A stretch of DNA of 64,000 nt. It comes from Minisyncoccota bacterium. GTDB lineage: Bacteria; Patescibacteriota; Minisyncoccia; Moranbacterales; GCA-2747515. The notes under the pieces are model-generated. The model ran no database searches and had not been told where the DNA came from. It saw only the letters and a list, made by a program, of their open reading frames with translations. This document shows positions 63,444-64,000 of the stretch, piece by piece. The stretch spans positions 10,336 to 74,335 of the forward strand of contig CALDDM010000005.1 in assembly GCA_937936355.1 (NCBI GenBank), written 5' to 3'. Made by a program: the position numbers and the translations under genes. How positions within the stretch are numbered: position 1 is the first letter of the stretch; each line of letters begins with the position of its first letter.

Positions 63444-64000
63444 CTATGATCGTGTGTAACGAAGACGAGTGATCAGCAGACCGCCACATACCAACATACT
63501 AGTTAAAACTGTCATCCCAATCCACAGGAGGAGATTTGTTCCAGTTTTTGCAAGTACATGCGCATCCCTGAGGAAACCAAAGTCTGTATCTGTGTCATGA
63601 TCACAGCGATGTGTTACCTGATCAATGCCATTGAGCGCAGTCATGTCTCCATCCTCGTTGGAGAGTGTGTAGCCACGCAGCTCTTTGTCACTTAGCTTTA
63701 TGTCAATTGTATACTTCCCTGGCGGATATTTGCCAAAGTCGTATTTTCCTTTTGAATTTGTTTCTGTTTGTGCAATCACAACGCCGTCCTCATCTAAGAG
63801 ATAGACCGTTACATTTTTTATACCATCTTCTCGATCATCTTTCTTGCCGTCACGATCTTTGTCGATGTAGATGTATCCCTCAATGTCTTCGTGTTCGGAT
63901 TCCTGGCATGACAACCCTGGGATCGTGACTTGTGATGTGTCGCCAATGACATCAGTGAATGGGTTGTCTGACACTCCCGCAAAATCAAGTTTCCCATCGC
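63444..64000 (-). CDS. cell-surface protein C-terminal part (SdrD B-like domain plus LPXTG-like sorting signal); gene continues beyond the right edge
   Basis: YIDKDRDGKKDDREDGIKNVTVYLLDEDGVVIAQTETNSKGKYDFGKYPPGKYTIDI fits the SD-repeat B-domain fold. The C-terminus is LAKTG, then a hydrophobic helix, then RLRYTRS. The frame stays open upstream of the listed GTG to position 64000. Confidence 0.65.
   Translation of the reverse strand, partial: DGKLDFAGVSDNPFTDVIGDTSQVTIPGLSCQESEHEDIEGYIYIDKDRDGKKDDREDGIKNVTVYLLDEDGVVIAQTETNSKGKYDFGKYPPGKYTIDIKLSDKELRGYTLSNEDGDMTALNGIDQVTHRCDHDTDTDFGFLRDAHVLAKTGTNLLLWIGMTVLTSMLVCGGLLITRLRYTRS

Overview
This is a gene-dense (roughly 90% coding) bacterial chromosomal window of moderate-to-low GC. 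About three quarters of the genes are on the minus strand. No rRNA, transposase, integrase, CRISPR array or obvious prophage is present. The gene content is a type IV pilus without secretin, a minimal SUF system, an LPXTG-like sorting signal, many orphan membrane or secreted proteins and few regulators. By inference only, this resembles a reduced-genome monoderm-type bacterium such as Patescibacteria/CPR. The standard genetic code applies, since TGA clearly terminates many conserved genes.

Layout from left to right:
1. 1-10.6 kb: one long minus-strand run. It combines pentose-phosphate genes (gnd fragment, zwf, rpe, rpiB) with a thiol-redox set: a class-I disulfide oxidoreductase, msrA, two exported thioredoxin-fold proteins, two DUF3179 proteins, trxB and an NrdH-like redoxin. 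A Kv-type K+ channel and a TVP38 protein also sit in this run.
2. 10.8 kb: tRNA-Arg(TCG).
3. 11-20.5 kb: type IV pilus cluster (pilB, pilC, three pilin-like genes of which two are about 480 aa, then pilM/N/O-like).
4. 21-27.8 kb: seven orphan polytopic membrane-protein genes ending in a rhomboid protease. Most have their own promoter and terminator.
5. 28-29.7 kb: groEL with a CIRCE operator but no adjacent groES.
6. 30.6-38.5 kb: a mosaic SUF Fe-S locus (sufC, sufB, short sufD, sufS, sufU, ferredoxin, DUF59/SufT-like). It is interrupted by opposite-strand genes, including a highly repetitive acidic lipoprotein and a membrane-anchored MsrAB fusion.
7. 39.9-53.9 kb: mostly secreted or envelope proteins. 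These are a PQQ-type sugar dehydrogenase with PKD and triple C-terminal repeats, two tandem DUF3048 paralogs, a DsbA-like protein, a DUF389 protein, an alpha/beta-hydrolase with ELWxxDGT propeller, and a giant TPM-domain coiled-coil protein.
8. 54-58.3 kb: small orphan genes around tRNA-Arg(GCG) and tRNA-Ser(TGA), with duplicated tRNA 3-prime fragments.
9. 58.3-64 kb: recG, a GT4 glycosyltransferase, a beta-rich secreted protein, an acidic protein interrupted by an in-frame TGA and carrying a G9 tract, and a sortase-type surface protein fragment.

The most interesting signals are:
- a recurring 18-bp palindrome-like element TGTMAAR-N4-CTTTACA overlapping the -35 box of four thiol-redox promoters;
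- the DUF3179-containing exported redox operon;
- the orphan membrane-protein/rhomboid block;
- exact 27-nt hairpin copies flanking a two-gene secreted-protein cassette;
- the tRNA fragment duplications.
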